Shown one piece after another: positions 38,616 to 48,300 of a DNA stretch of 64,000 nucleotides. The position numbers and the translations under genes are program-made. The stretch's first letter is position 1, and each line of letters begins with the position of its first letter. Origin of the DNA: Myxococcota bacterium (GTDB taxonomy: Bacteria > Myxococcota_A > SURF-8); contig OZ223209.1 in assembly GCA_965140415.1 (NCBI GenBank), positions 3,744,001 to 3,808,000 on the forward strand. The letters are read 5' to 3'. The notes beneath the pieces were generated by a model. That model made no database searches, was not told where the DNA came from, and saw only the letters and a list, made by a program, of their open reading frames with translations.

Positions 38616-41309
38616 TTAAGGTTTCGGTACGATCAGACCCCGTTGCACACATAATTGCAGCGGCGGAAGCGTTTTGTGCGAATCTTCCGCTCGCAGAACA
38701 CCATCATGAAAAACTGCGATCCGGCAGTAACGCAGATACGGGATCTGTTTCCAAATCGTAGGACAAGGGTGTGACAGAAAATGTCTTACCCACTCAAAAT
38801 GTTGGAGCGAGACGGTCGCCAGGTGGAGTTGCTCCACCATTTCCTCGTCCGGTCTGTCTTGCAATGAAACTTCGATACCGGTCGGGAGGTACAACGATCC
38901 TTCTTTTTCGTGTAAACACACGAGTGTAACGGAGGGACGGGTAAGGCGGGTATGCATTTGGAGAACACGGCCGCCACTCTCACCTTCATCATCAATCGCC
39001 TGATGGATACGCTGAAAGATCGAATCGGCGGGATCGGGCATGAGTTGGTTACTGGCACTTTGTCGGGCTACACCTTCGCGCTTCTGCATACCAAGCTTGG
39101 CGTTTCGAAGCACCTCAGTTAATTCCTCTGTGATATCAGCAGGCTCCGTGTTTTCTCCATAAACCGCTTCCACCAGTTCCCGCATATCGGCAGGAATAGA
39201 AACGTTGGAACGGTCGCGGATCGTGAGCCACGTTCGCAACAGTACATAGGGTTCATAGACAAATCCGCTTGTACCAAGTTGAGGTACACCTGATTGGACA
39301 GGGGGATCTATCCACGCAAAGCATGGTGTTTCCAATCCAGGAGGACGATATCCGCGACGGTGCCGATGCAAGCGACCCATACGCTGCAACATCAGATCGA
39401 TGGGAGCCAGTTCACTGACCATAAAATCGAAATCCAGATCAAGGCTCTGTTCGATCACCTGCGTGGCTACAAGGATCGCCTTGTTCGGACGGTTTGAGCT
39501 TGATTTTCCGAAGCGCTCCAGCACTTCTTGCTCTCGACTCAAGCGATCCGAAAGAGGAAATCTGGCATGGAACAGAAACACTTCGATATCATTTTCCGCC
39601 TTCTCTCGTATCAGACTGTACGTTTCCTGTGCGTTCTGTATCGTGTTGCAGATCCAAGCGGCACATCCTCCCCGTTCAATGCGTGCGAGCACGGTATCGA
39701 CGACGCTTTCTAAGTGGATTTCTTCACTTTGAGAGGGAACAGGAGGAGAAAGGCGTTCCCATTTTACCTCGTGGCGCTTCTGAATTTCTAACACGCTTTC
39801 ACTCACTTCGCCGCTTGGGAAGACGGCTGAGAGTAAAGGATAACCAGATGTTGCGGGAACCACGTGGTTCGCATCGGTGAAGGTGGCGAGAAGTTCCATT
39901 CGTCGCTTTTGCGGCAAGGTCGCCGACAACAGTACGACATCTGCTCCAAGTGCGTGCAACCATTGCAACAAACGATCCAGTAAGCTGGACATATATGCAT
40001 CATAGGCGTGAACTTCGTCGAAAATGACTACCTTCGATCCCAACCCGAAAAGCCGAAGGCCGACATGGCGTACTTGCAGCGCCCCCAATAGAGCCTGATC
40101 GATGGTCCCAACTCCAAAAGGGGAAAGAAGTTGCCGTTTTCGCCCCATGAACCATTCACGGGCAACCAGAGAGCTTGTATCTCCCGGTTCATTTTCCCGA
40201 TGACGCAACTTCCGATACTCCCGATTCAGCAGGGACGATCCATGCACGAGATGGATATCGGTGTGAAAAGGCACTTCCGGATGATTCCCAAGAAACTCCT
40301 TTACGCGGCCAAACATCTGATTGCTGGTCGCCTGCGTCGGCAAAGCGACATACAAACCGTTTTTTCCGTGCGCCGCCGCCATGGCATCCGAAGCTGCAAG
40401 TGCGGCTTCCGTTTTGCCCATGCCCATGGGTGCTTCGATGAGAAGTAGTCGGGGTGTTGTCGTGCCGGAGACGAGATCAATCGTAGCCGTTTGAATTTGA
40501 TTCGGAGAAGGAAACCCCGGAAAAAGTGTCGGGAATGCAGACGGGTGATCGAAAGCGGGATAAGCATGGAACCCAGTATTTCGCACCGCCTGCGCCGCCT
40601 TTTCCCGCGCATTTAAAAGATATCCTTCCAACCCGCCTTCTGGGACACCGATCGCCGGGAAGTATTCCTCAGAAGAACCCAACCAGTCGCACAAATTGAC
40701 AAATCCGGTCAGCCAAATCATCCAGCCGGAGGAGAATCGCCCATCGGAAAAGAATTGTTTCGGAACGGTTACTTCAAAAGTCTCCGCAAGGAGGGATAAC
40801 ATGCATTCCCGCTGTTCCTGCCAGAAAGCGGGTTCCAGACCAGGGATATGTACTTTCCCTCTCCATGATTTAAGAAACTCGCCATGGTGTGATCCGAGAA
40901 TCCAGGATAACAAATTCGAGGGGATGTGCGATACACCAAGTCGTTGCAAGTAAACACATACCGATATCCAGGTCAGCATTCCGTGATTCGTCTCGTGTTT
41001 GCCCGATGCGGGAATGTGCAGTTTGACTTCGTTCGAAACGAGCTCCTCACGTTTGCTCTGAAATCCGGGGGAGACTTTACCGATGTCATGGATGGCGGCC
41101 AGATACGCCAGGAAACGTCGAGCAGAAAGAATATCGCATTCGAGAAATGGATCGCGGAGCATTCCGGCGATGTTCTGCCATCCCGGCTGGCCAAGAAGGT
41201 TCTCTGCTACACATCCCACATCGATCATATGGCAGAGTGCCGAATGAAAGTTGCCATCAGGTGAGCTCTTACCCCAATGCAGAAATAAATCCTTGGTATT
41301 GCTAGGCAT
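38616..41309 (-). CDS. cas3: Cas3 HD nuclease-helicase
   Basis: HDIGK, APMGMGKTE, DEVH, LSAT, TQVIEQSLDLD, QRMGRLHRH. Confidence 0.97.
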   Translation of the reverse strand: MPSNTKDLFLHWGKSSPDGNFHSALCHMIDVGCVAENLLGQPGWQNIAGMLRDPFLECDILSARRFLAYLAAIHDIGKVSPGFQSKREELVSNEVKLHIPASGKHETNHGMLTWISVCVYLQRLGVSHIPSNLLSWILGSHHGEFLKSWRGKVHIPGLEPAFWQEQRECMLSLLAETFEVTVPKQFFSDGRFSSGWMIWLTGFVNLCDWLGSSEEYFPAIGVPEGGLEGYLLNAREKAAQAVRNTGFHAYPAFDHPSAFPTLFPGFPSPNQIQTATIDLVSGTTTPRLLLIEAPMGMGKTEAALAASDAMAAAHGKNGLYVALPTQATSNQMFGRVKEFLGNHPEVPFHTDIHLVHGSSLLNREYRKLRHRENEPGDTSSLVAREWFMGRKRQLLSPFGVGTIDQALLGALQVRHVGLRLFGLGSKVVIFDEVHAYDAYMSSLLDRLLQWLHALGADVVLLSATLPQKRRMELLATFTDANHVVPATSGYPLLSAVFPSGEVSESVLEIQKRHEVKWERLSPPVPSQSEEIHLESVVDTVLARIERGGCAAWICNTIQNAQETYSLIREKAENDIEVFLFHARFPLSDRLSREQEVLERFGKSSSNRPNKAILVATQVIEQSLDLDFDFMVSELAPIDLMLQRMGRLHRHRRGYRPPGLETPCFAWIDPPVQSGVPQLGTSGFVYEPYVLLRTWLTIRDRSNVSIPADMRELVEAVYGENTEPADITEELTEVLRNAKLGMQKREGVARQSASNQLMPDPADSIFQRIHQAIDDEGESGGRVLQMHTRLTRPSVTLVCLHEKEGSLYLPTGIEVSLQDRPDEEMVEQLHLATVSLQHFEWVRHFLSHPCPTIWKQIPYLRYCRIAVFHDGVLRAEDSHKTLPPLQLCVQRGLIVPKP

Positions 41310-41595
41310 GGTCTAAATTCTCCGAATGTGATTTGCTTGTCGGATCTTCTGGTTTGTATTTCTAGATCGCCGGAGCGATGTATATTTACCATGAAGTCCA
41401 TTCCTCAAACGGATTAAAACACCTTGTAAAGTTTTAAAATTGAGGAATGGTAATGAAAAAGAGTAGCCGGAAAGAGAGACTGGCACAAGCGGTTTATGTA
41501 ACAAATAATGACGCGGTGTTCATCTAGGTATTACTTGAAATTACTTGAAATGCGCCTCAACCAAGGGTACCACGGCCTTTCGCCTGAAAGGCGAA

Positions 41596-41645
41596 CCAGA
41601 TGAAGTCTAACATCATTATTGGATTCTCGTTAGAGGGTCAGGTCA
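41596..41645 (-). mobile_element. Solo 50-bp left-end remnant of the IS3 element at 50580-51842
   Basis: 47/50 identical to 51793-51842, same orientation, ends ...GGTCAGGTCA. Confidence 0.85.
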
Positions 41646-42077
41646 GGAGTACTTGCCATTTGCTTTAAATATTTGATGGTTGTATTCCTTCTAGGGCTGC
41701 ATTCGCAGATTTGGGAAAGCCATCGCAATTCAGAATACCTCTAAAACGCCTCAGGATTCGATGTCATCGAATTCCAAGGTCTTTAATAGGTTATCCTCCC
41801 CATTTATTGCCAAAACCGCTTACATTTAAAATGTGAACGAGTGTTGAGGTCGAGAAAAAAAACAGGAAATAGAAATTATTGGCTTTCCCTTTTTTAGTTT
41901 TCATCAGTTACACAGAAGCAGACAACTCAGGATTGTAAGCGCCATGAGCTTGGAGATGCGAGGGATCGTCACGGGGCTGGTTCAACGAGCATCGGACGAG
42001 GCGCTACCAAGTGCGAGCGGACTGTCTGATTCCCATACTGCTGTCTCCTTTGAGAGGTTTTCTTGAAGCGCTTTATA

Positions 42078-42313
42078 GAAATCAATCCGTCCGAGCGGAT
42101 GCTCCAATATTTCGGAAAGGGAGCTTCGGCCTTTACGAAGAAGATGTGCCAGGGGAAGGAAGCGAAACTCGAATTCGATTCGGCCTTCAAGGTGAAGGGT
42201 CATTAGGTGTGTGTATAGCCGTCTCCTGGCCTATGTGTTCATTAAGCAACCGGACGGCACATGGTTCGTCGAGCTGATCAAGCAGGGCTATGCCCATGCT
42301 TATACTCGGTTCC
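42078..42313 (+). pseudogene. Decayed thermonuclease fragment, paralogous to 30183-30905
   Basis: QYFGKGASAFTKKMCQGKEAKLEFDSAFKVKGH*, then shifted frame YSRLLAYVFIKQPDGTWFVELIKQGYAHAYTRF. Confidence 0.85.
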
Positions 42314-42544
42314 ATAAGCTTCGGGGCGGGGCGGCTGGGGTCGCGTCCGGGGTCGCGTCCGGGATAAACATTACGGTCCCGGGAACTCCCTCGCCGCCCC
42401 ATCAACCGCTTTCCATCGCACAATAGTCTCCCTTAATTCTCCCTTACCACCTGTCCCAAAGTTGCTAACGGTGGACAGGCAGCTATATTTAGATATGATA
42501 TAGCAGTATTCTAAGTTCAGTAACAAATTCTAAGGAAAAATAGA

Positions 42545-45253
42545 ATGTTGGATATCTATCTGATTTCACAGGCTGTGAATTTAATTTTTAAAGGTATAGA
42601 CAACTCAAAAAAGGTATTAGACTGGACTGAAAGTCTCAGAGTCGACTCTAAATTCAAAAAAGAAATCAAAACCATTGTGAATAATATCCAATTAGAATAC
42701 ACACCTGGTGGCTGTAAGAAGAATTGGCTATGGAATGCGGTATCTTCCGCATCAAAACGCCAAAACCGAATGAAATCACCAACAAATATCAACGAGTTTG
42801 CAAGTAACATTGTTGCTGAATATGATCTGCGGGGTGTGTGTCCTTCCTTGTCTGACGATCAAGTATTCAATATTGCGTATCAAGTTGCTTACTCCCTTGT
42901 GGAACTGGTCGATCCAAACTATCTACGCACCCCTGCACCTGGTGACTTCGATTGGATGGGCTACTTACAAAGAATTTCTAATTTCCTGCTTCCACAAGTA
43001 TATGAAGAGGACTACATCCCCCTTAAATGTGGTAAAGATTACTTTTTAAGAGGAAAGAAATACAAAAATAATGATAAAAGATCCTATAAACTGGATATAG
43101 CAAAGGAAATCGATCTTGAAAAGTTTCTATTGAACGATTGGCTTAATAGCAATGATCAGGTGTTAACACTCTTGGGTGACTTTGGATCCGGAAAAACCAG
43201 AACGCTTTTAAGATTTTCTAGAGCGTTGATACAACGCGGATACTCACCAATATTTTTGCCATTAAGGAGATTAGTTCCTGCCATTGGAAAGGATAATATA
43301 ATCAATTCTATCCGATTGTACCTTGAAGAATGGTCATTGATGCCACAATCAAAATTCCCATTGTATGTTCAGGAGGAATGGACAAAAAACAATACTGTGG
43401 TATTCATATTCGATGGATTTGATGAGTATGCTTCCAAGATCATCTCTCAGCCAATTAATAACAATCTAGATCGCGAGCAACTCGGCTATCATCTGGAAAC
43501 CTTACTCGATTTGAACAAGGGAGGATGTCGAGTCATCCTATCAAGTAGACCGCCTGTATTCAAAAGCCATGGAGAATTAGACAGATTCCTTAGAAAAAAA
43601 TTTGAGGACATTGGATCCAGAGAAACAGAATGTATACTAACAGATGGATTCATTAACTCCAATGAACAAGCAAAACAATACCTAAACGTTAGATATATCT
43701 ACCCTTTTTCAGAAAGCCAAGCAAGGATGTTTTTAGACAAGAGAAAGGAATCAAAGCTCAATTCGTATATTTGGGGGAATGACAGCATCTATAACCTAAA
43801 AGATTTGGCTCGTACTCCAATTCTACTGGACCTGATTTGTCGTCACCTCCCTGTGCTAAAAGAAAGAAGCCATAATGACTCCATTCACACAATCGATTTA
43901 TATGCTCAGGCTTTAGTCGACTGGGAAAACACACTTTATGAAAGAGCCAACAGTTCACTCTACCCCAAGCTTGGAACTTCTGCGTTCGTGAAACGTGTCA
44001 CTCAGGTTGCCGCATCTGTGGCTCGACGAATGCTTATTGAAGGAAAAGACAACGTCCCTTTTTCTGAAATTCATTCACCTAACTGGAAAGACGGTGACGA
44101 AGTTCTTCGGCAAGTACTTTCAATCGAATATTGTATGTCAGGTATGATGATTTGGGATGTTGACGATCATTTACGATTTATACATCGTTCTTTCATGGAA
44201 TTTCTCCAGGCTATAGTTATTTGCTGGGATATCGAGAAAGGAGATGCAGAGCTTTTAACAAAGATTGGAGCGAAAATAGACGAGGCAGTTCTATTCTTCC
44301 TCTTTGAATGGACAAACAAAGATAGAAGAAGATTAGAAAAAGTCCAACTCCAATTAGCCGAGTGGCTTGATGGATTCAAATCCAAAACAAGGGTTTGTTT
44401 GGAAGAACAGGAATTGATCCAATTTATACTGAATTGTAAATCATATTTCCAAGAGCAACGAGTCCTCTATAAAAGCGATGATTCCATCAATGATTTCTGG
44501 CAAACTTATACTGATAATGAGATTAAAGAAGCTGCAGGACTAGCTGAAATAGAAACTGTAACGTTGCCCAACAACTCAAAATATAAAATCCAATTTCAGA
44601 TGGCACGAGTCCAAAAAGGCACTGTTCTTTCGGGTAGGAAAATACATACTCGGGAACATCCAGTACATATGATTGTAGTGGAGCATTCATTTCTAATAGG
44701 TGTAACTACCGTTACACAAGACATGTACCAGGCTGTGATGGGGAACAATCCTAGCCAAATAAAAGGAGCACGTTATCCTGTCGCTGGAGTTTCTTGGTTG
44801 GATGCAGTCGAGTTTTGCAACCGTCTCTCAACAAAACTCAATGTCGCACCAGCGTACGAGATTAACGACAAAGAAGTGAATTGGAACAAAGAATCCAATG
44901 GTTATAGACTTCCGCTAGAATCAGAGTGGGAATATGCCTGCAGAGCTGGAACTACAACAGAATTTGCAAGAGGTGATATTGTAGTTGATTTAGATAAAAT
45001 GGGGTGGTTTGATGAGAACAGTGAAGGTATAGCTCATTCAGTTGGAGAAAAGAATCCAAACGCATGGGGTATATATGATATGCATGGAAATGTATGGGAA
45101 TGGTGTTGGGATGCTAAAGAGGCCAGCCGTGTCATCAGGGGGGGTAGTTGGAGCAGTCTAGCTCAATACTGTCGTTCTTCTTCTCGTGGATTTAGTTTTC
45201 CTGCTTCGAATGATCAAAGCTTAGGGATTCGCATAGCTATGACAATAGCATAA
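42545..45253 (+). CDS. NACHT NTPase with C-terminal FGE-sulfatase (SUMF1-like) domain
   Basis: Walker A GDFGSGKT, Walker B FIFDGFDE, LARTPILL, FIHRSFMEFL; YRLPLESEWEYACRAG, PNAWGIYDMHGNVWEWCWD, RGGSW. Confidence 0.9.
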   Translation: MLDIYLISQAVNLIFKGIDNSKKVLDWTESLRVDSKFKKEIKTIVNNIQLEYTPGGCKKNWLWNAVSSASKRQNRMKSPTNINEFASNIVAEYDLRGVCPSLSDDQVFNIAYQVAYSLVELVDPNYLRTPAPGDFDWMGYLQRISNFLLPQVYEEDYIPLKCGKDYFLRGKKYKNNDKRSYKLDIAKEIDLEKFLLNDWLNSNDQVLTLLGDFGSGKTRTLLRFSRALIQRGYSPIFLPLRRLVPAIGKDNIINSIRLYLEEWSLMPQSKFPLYVQEEWTKNNTVVFIFDGFDEYASKIISQPINNNLDREQLGYHLETLLDLNKGGCRVILSSRPPVFKSHGELDRFLRKKFEDIGSRETECILTDGFINSNEQAKQYLNVRYIYPFSESQARMFLDKRKESKLNSYIWGNDSIYNLKDLARTPILLDLICRHLPVLKERSHNDSIHTIDLYAQALVDWENTLYERANSSLYPKLGTSAFVKRVTQVAASVARRMLIEGKDNVPFSEIHSPNWKDGDEVLRQVLSIEYCMSGMMIWDVDDHLRFIHRSFMEFLQAIVICWDIEKGDAELLTKIGAKIDEAVLFFLFEWTNKDRRRLEKVQLQLAEWLDGFKSKTRVCLEEQELIQFILNCKSYFQEQRVLYKSDDSINDFWQTYTDNEIKEAAGLAEIETVTLPNNSKYKIQFQMARVQKGTVLSGRKIHTREHPVHMIVVEHSFLIGVTTVTQDMYQAVMGNNPSQIKGARYPVAGVSWLDAVEFCNRLSTKLNVAPAYEINDKEVNWNKESNGYRLPLESEWEYACRAGTTTEFARGDIVVDLDKMGWFDENSEGIAHSVGEKNPNAWGIYDMHGNVWEWCWDAKEASRVIRGGSWSSLAQYCRSSSRGFSFPASNDQSLGIRIAMTIA

Positions 45254-45338
45254 TATATTTCTAGTGAATTGTTTTTTCGGAATGACAAGCGTTTGATGGC
45301 CAACATTTATTTATTATCACCATATGGCTTGATACTAT

Positions 45339-48300
45339 CTATATTCCTCTATCATATGAACGAAAGAAATATTTTGTAGGGAGAAGTGCCTCGTATTTCG
45401 AAGAAAGGCGATTAAGTGATCCTCCTTTTCTTGTACATCTCGACACGACAGACCATTGAATTTCGAGAGAAACTTCATCTTTCATATTGCCTTCATCCAG
45501 ATTAATTATCGTAATAAATGGAGATCGATGACCTATCAAGAAGAGCAATTCAAGAATTTGTTTAAATTGGCTTGATTTTATGCCACTATCCTTTAATACA
45601 GGATGAAGATTAAAAAGGCAATGGCTTATCAAACGCTGTGTTTGAAACAGCTTATTCGCGGCAACCTTCCCATCCATACCTACATTGTGTGCGCTATTGA
45701 AAGGATCCCAATGGCGAAAGTGCACAGCCTGGCAGACATCAAAGTGCTTTTCTCTGCCCATTACATTATGATGTGCCAAGTAAGCATCATTTGAGAATGG
45801 ATATCGTTTAATGTATTGTTCAATCTCTTTCAGACAATGCTCCAATGCATGTTTATAGGCTTCAACACTTTGCTGTAACAAGTCTTCAATTTGAACATCG
45901 GAAACATGCATGCTTTGTCTATTTAGAATAGAATTAAGTGCCTTCCATTTTTTGTTAAATCCTTTTAAAGTACCTACAATGCTTCCAACTCCCTGTTTTC
46001 TATTTCTGTATTTTCCTTGGTCTGCACAACGAATCGCATCAGAACGAATCAACATAAGATCGCCTAAGGCGATTTGAGCACCGCTTTTTTCCTTATATGG
46101 ACTTTTATCTTGATAATATGTATCTATGGCCCTCGTCAGATACCTTTTCGAAGCAATGTGTAAGAAACTATAATATAGTGCAAGATAATCATCAACATGA
46201 TACCCTCCTGTGTGTAATGAATTCTGCTCTTCAATAATCTCAATTGGGCAACTATCAATTTTGCTTTCAATTGAAAGGTGTCTAATGTGAGCAAGAATTC
46301 GGATAGCTGACAAATATAGAATTCCCAATTCCTGACTAGATTTGGCAGCATCGTTATCCTTGATGCTATCTTCAAAATAAAGATTGCTGCCTTGGTAAGC
46401 CATTTCAGCTCTGCATAGTACTTTCAATTGCTGCTTAATTTCTTCAAATGAAGATATCGTAGAATCATTGAGATGCTTATCCTCTAACAAGCAAATAATC
46501 TTGTCAACGATATGATACAATCCTCCAAGAAGCAAACCGTTAGCTACTTCTTGGGTCATGTATTGCCAACTTTTTGAGGAAATATTCCACAAAACACTTT
46601 CTGGCCCAATACCACCGGCAATGAATGTATTATTGTTCCACTTGAAATCTGGACAATTTGTTAAAAAGATATACGCCTGTTCTAGTTTTTGCAAAGCTAG
46701 GTTCAAGTCGGTATAATCATAAAGTGTTCGATTATACTCAGTAGGAGGCAAATTGTAATCTTCATGTTTTCGAGAAAAGTTTTCCTGATTATCAATATAT
46801 TGTTGAGTTGCTATATTGAGATACTTCTTTCTGTATTTTCTCTTCCACAACTTACATGAAATCCAATCATAATTGTCGCCAATTTCTGAACTAAATTCCC
46901 CCAACAGTAACATGTCAACATCATGCTCACATAAAAACACAAGTAGCTTTCCAATCGCATAGTAAAGTTTCCCTATACGTCGACGATCTATGACCCGCTT
47001 TGAGGCAACATCGCATAGAGATGATATACTTGAGCCAGCAAGCAGATTCTGCAGTTTGTGAATTACACCACAATACATACACCATTTCAGTACCAATTCA
47101 CCAACTTTAGCGTAATTATGAGAGAGCCAGAAGTCCCATTCAGCACTATTTGAATTCCTAGCTGGTAAATCTAAATTATGGGTATTTTCTACGATCTCCA
47201 TATATCGAACTTCCAATATTTTTAGTAGAACATCACATTCACGAAGTCCCAAAGAATTCTTGGCATAGTATTTATTTGCTTGATTGTAGTAATATACTAG
47301 ATCGTCAAAATCAAAGATATCCTGAACTCCTAATGTACGTCTTGTATTATTAATAATATTTGATAGTGCCAACTTTATCTGTTTCTGTGACTCATCATCA
47401 TTTGTGTTTTTACTGATTAACTCGATATCGTCCGTTTCAAGAAGAGCAATTCCGTGTGTTGCAAAAACTACATCTCCTAAATATTCAAACAGGCGGGCGA
47501 AATTAATTGTGTTGAGCAATAGATTGGATTGCATTTCCTTATTAGTATTTGACCTTCTTTTAGCTATGCCTCGATTTAGTGCCATCATATAACAATTAGC
47601 AGCTATGCCCATATCCCGTCTCCTTATCATAATTTCTCCAATGGAAACAATTTGATTAAAGTAGCTTACTGTATCATAGCTCCATTGAAAATATTCAAGA
47701 GCATCAAGGAGAAATCTATTTGCTTCGTGTCGATTCCATTGCTTTTCCACTAGAATTGCTGCCGAGTTAATTATCTCTGGAATAATCTCGAATTCGAAAC
47801 CAATATTTAAGCCGGTACATCTTGGATGGAGTTTATTGGAAACAAATTGAAAATTGTGAAATATGGACGTGGATTCGTCATTAAATGCCAATTTTTCCCT
47901 GACTAGTCTCCTTAATTCATTGCTTGAGCGATGGTTGTTTTCTCTTATTCCTTCCATCGTTCTGCGACTACTGTAAAGGTTCAAGGATAGATCATCGTTT
48001 GGTAGGAGACAGATGATCTTTTCAAGCAATTTTAATGCGCTTTGGTGGTGGAACAAGGCCTGCCCAAATTCTCGTGCTACTTCACAGATATAACCAAGTT
48101 TCATAACTGCTTCAATACTTGTGCTTAGATAGCTGAAAACAGTACTATATTGAATTTCTTCTCCATCAATTGAAATAGAGTCAAAAATGTCTTGAATTTC
48201 TCTATTATCATCAATTTCGTTTAGGATCTTTTCAAGATCAATTCGTATCAGTCTAATAGCTTTACTATAAACCAGTTTTGCATCTGGCAATTGACCAAGC

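Noticed and set aside
31849-41309. CRISPR-associated transposon or RT-linked adaptation module
   Set aside because: Cas3, Cas1 and Cas2 are intact, no tnsB/tnsC/tniQ is in the window, no comM-matching spacer was noticed, and the RT is 13 kb away behind unrelated genes
41798-41810. Match of spacer 4 (CCCCATTTATTGC) to the region upstream of cas3
   Set aside because: Only 13 nt, which is expected by chance across 15 spacers and both strands of 64 kb. A full self-targeting search was not possible by eye.
45120-45253. DGR hypothesis: the RT diversifying the FGE-domain C-terminus (or the DUF1566 gene)
   Set aside because: I found no second copy (template repeat) differing at adenines and no Avd-like gene, and the RT has QGxPISP rather than the DGR-type SQ motif. 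A self-alignment would settle it.
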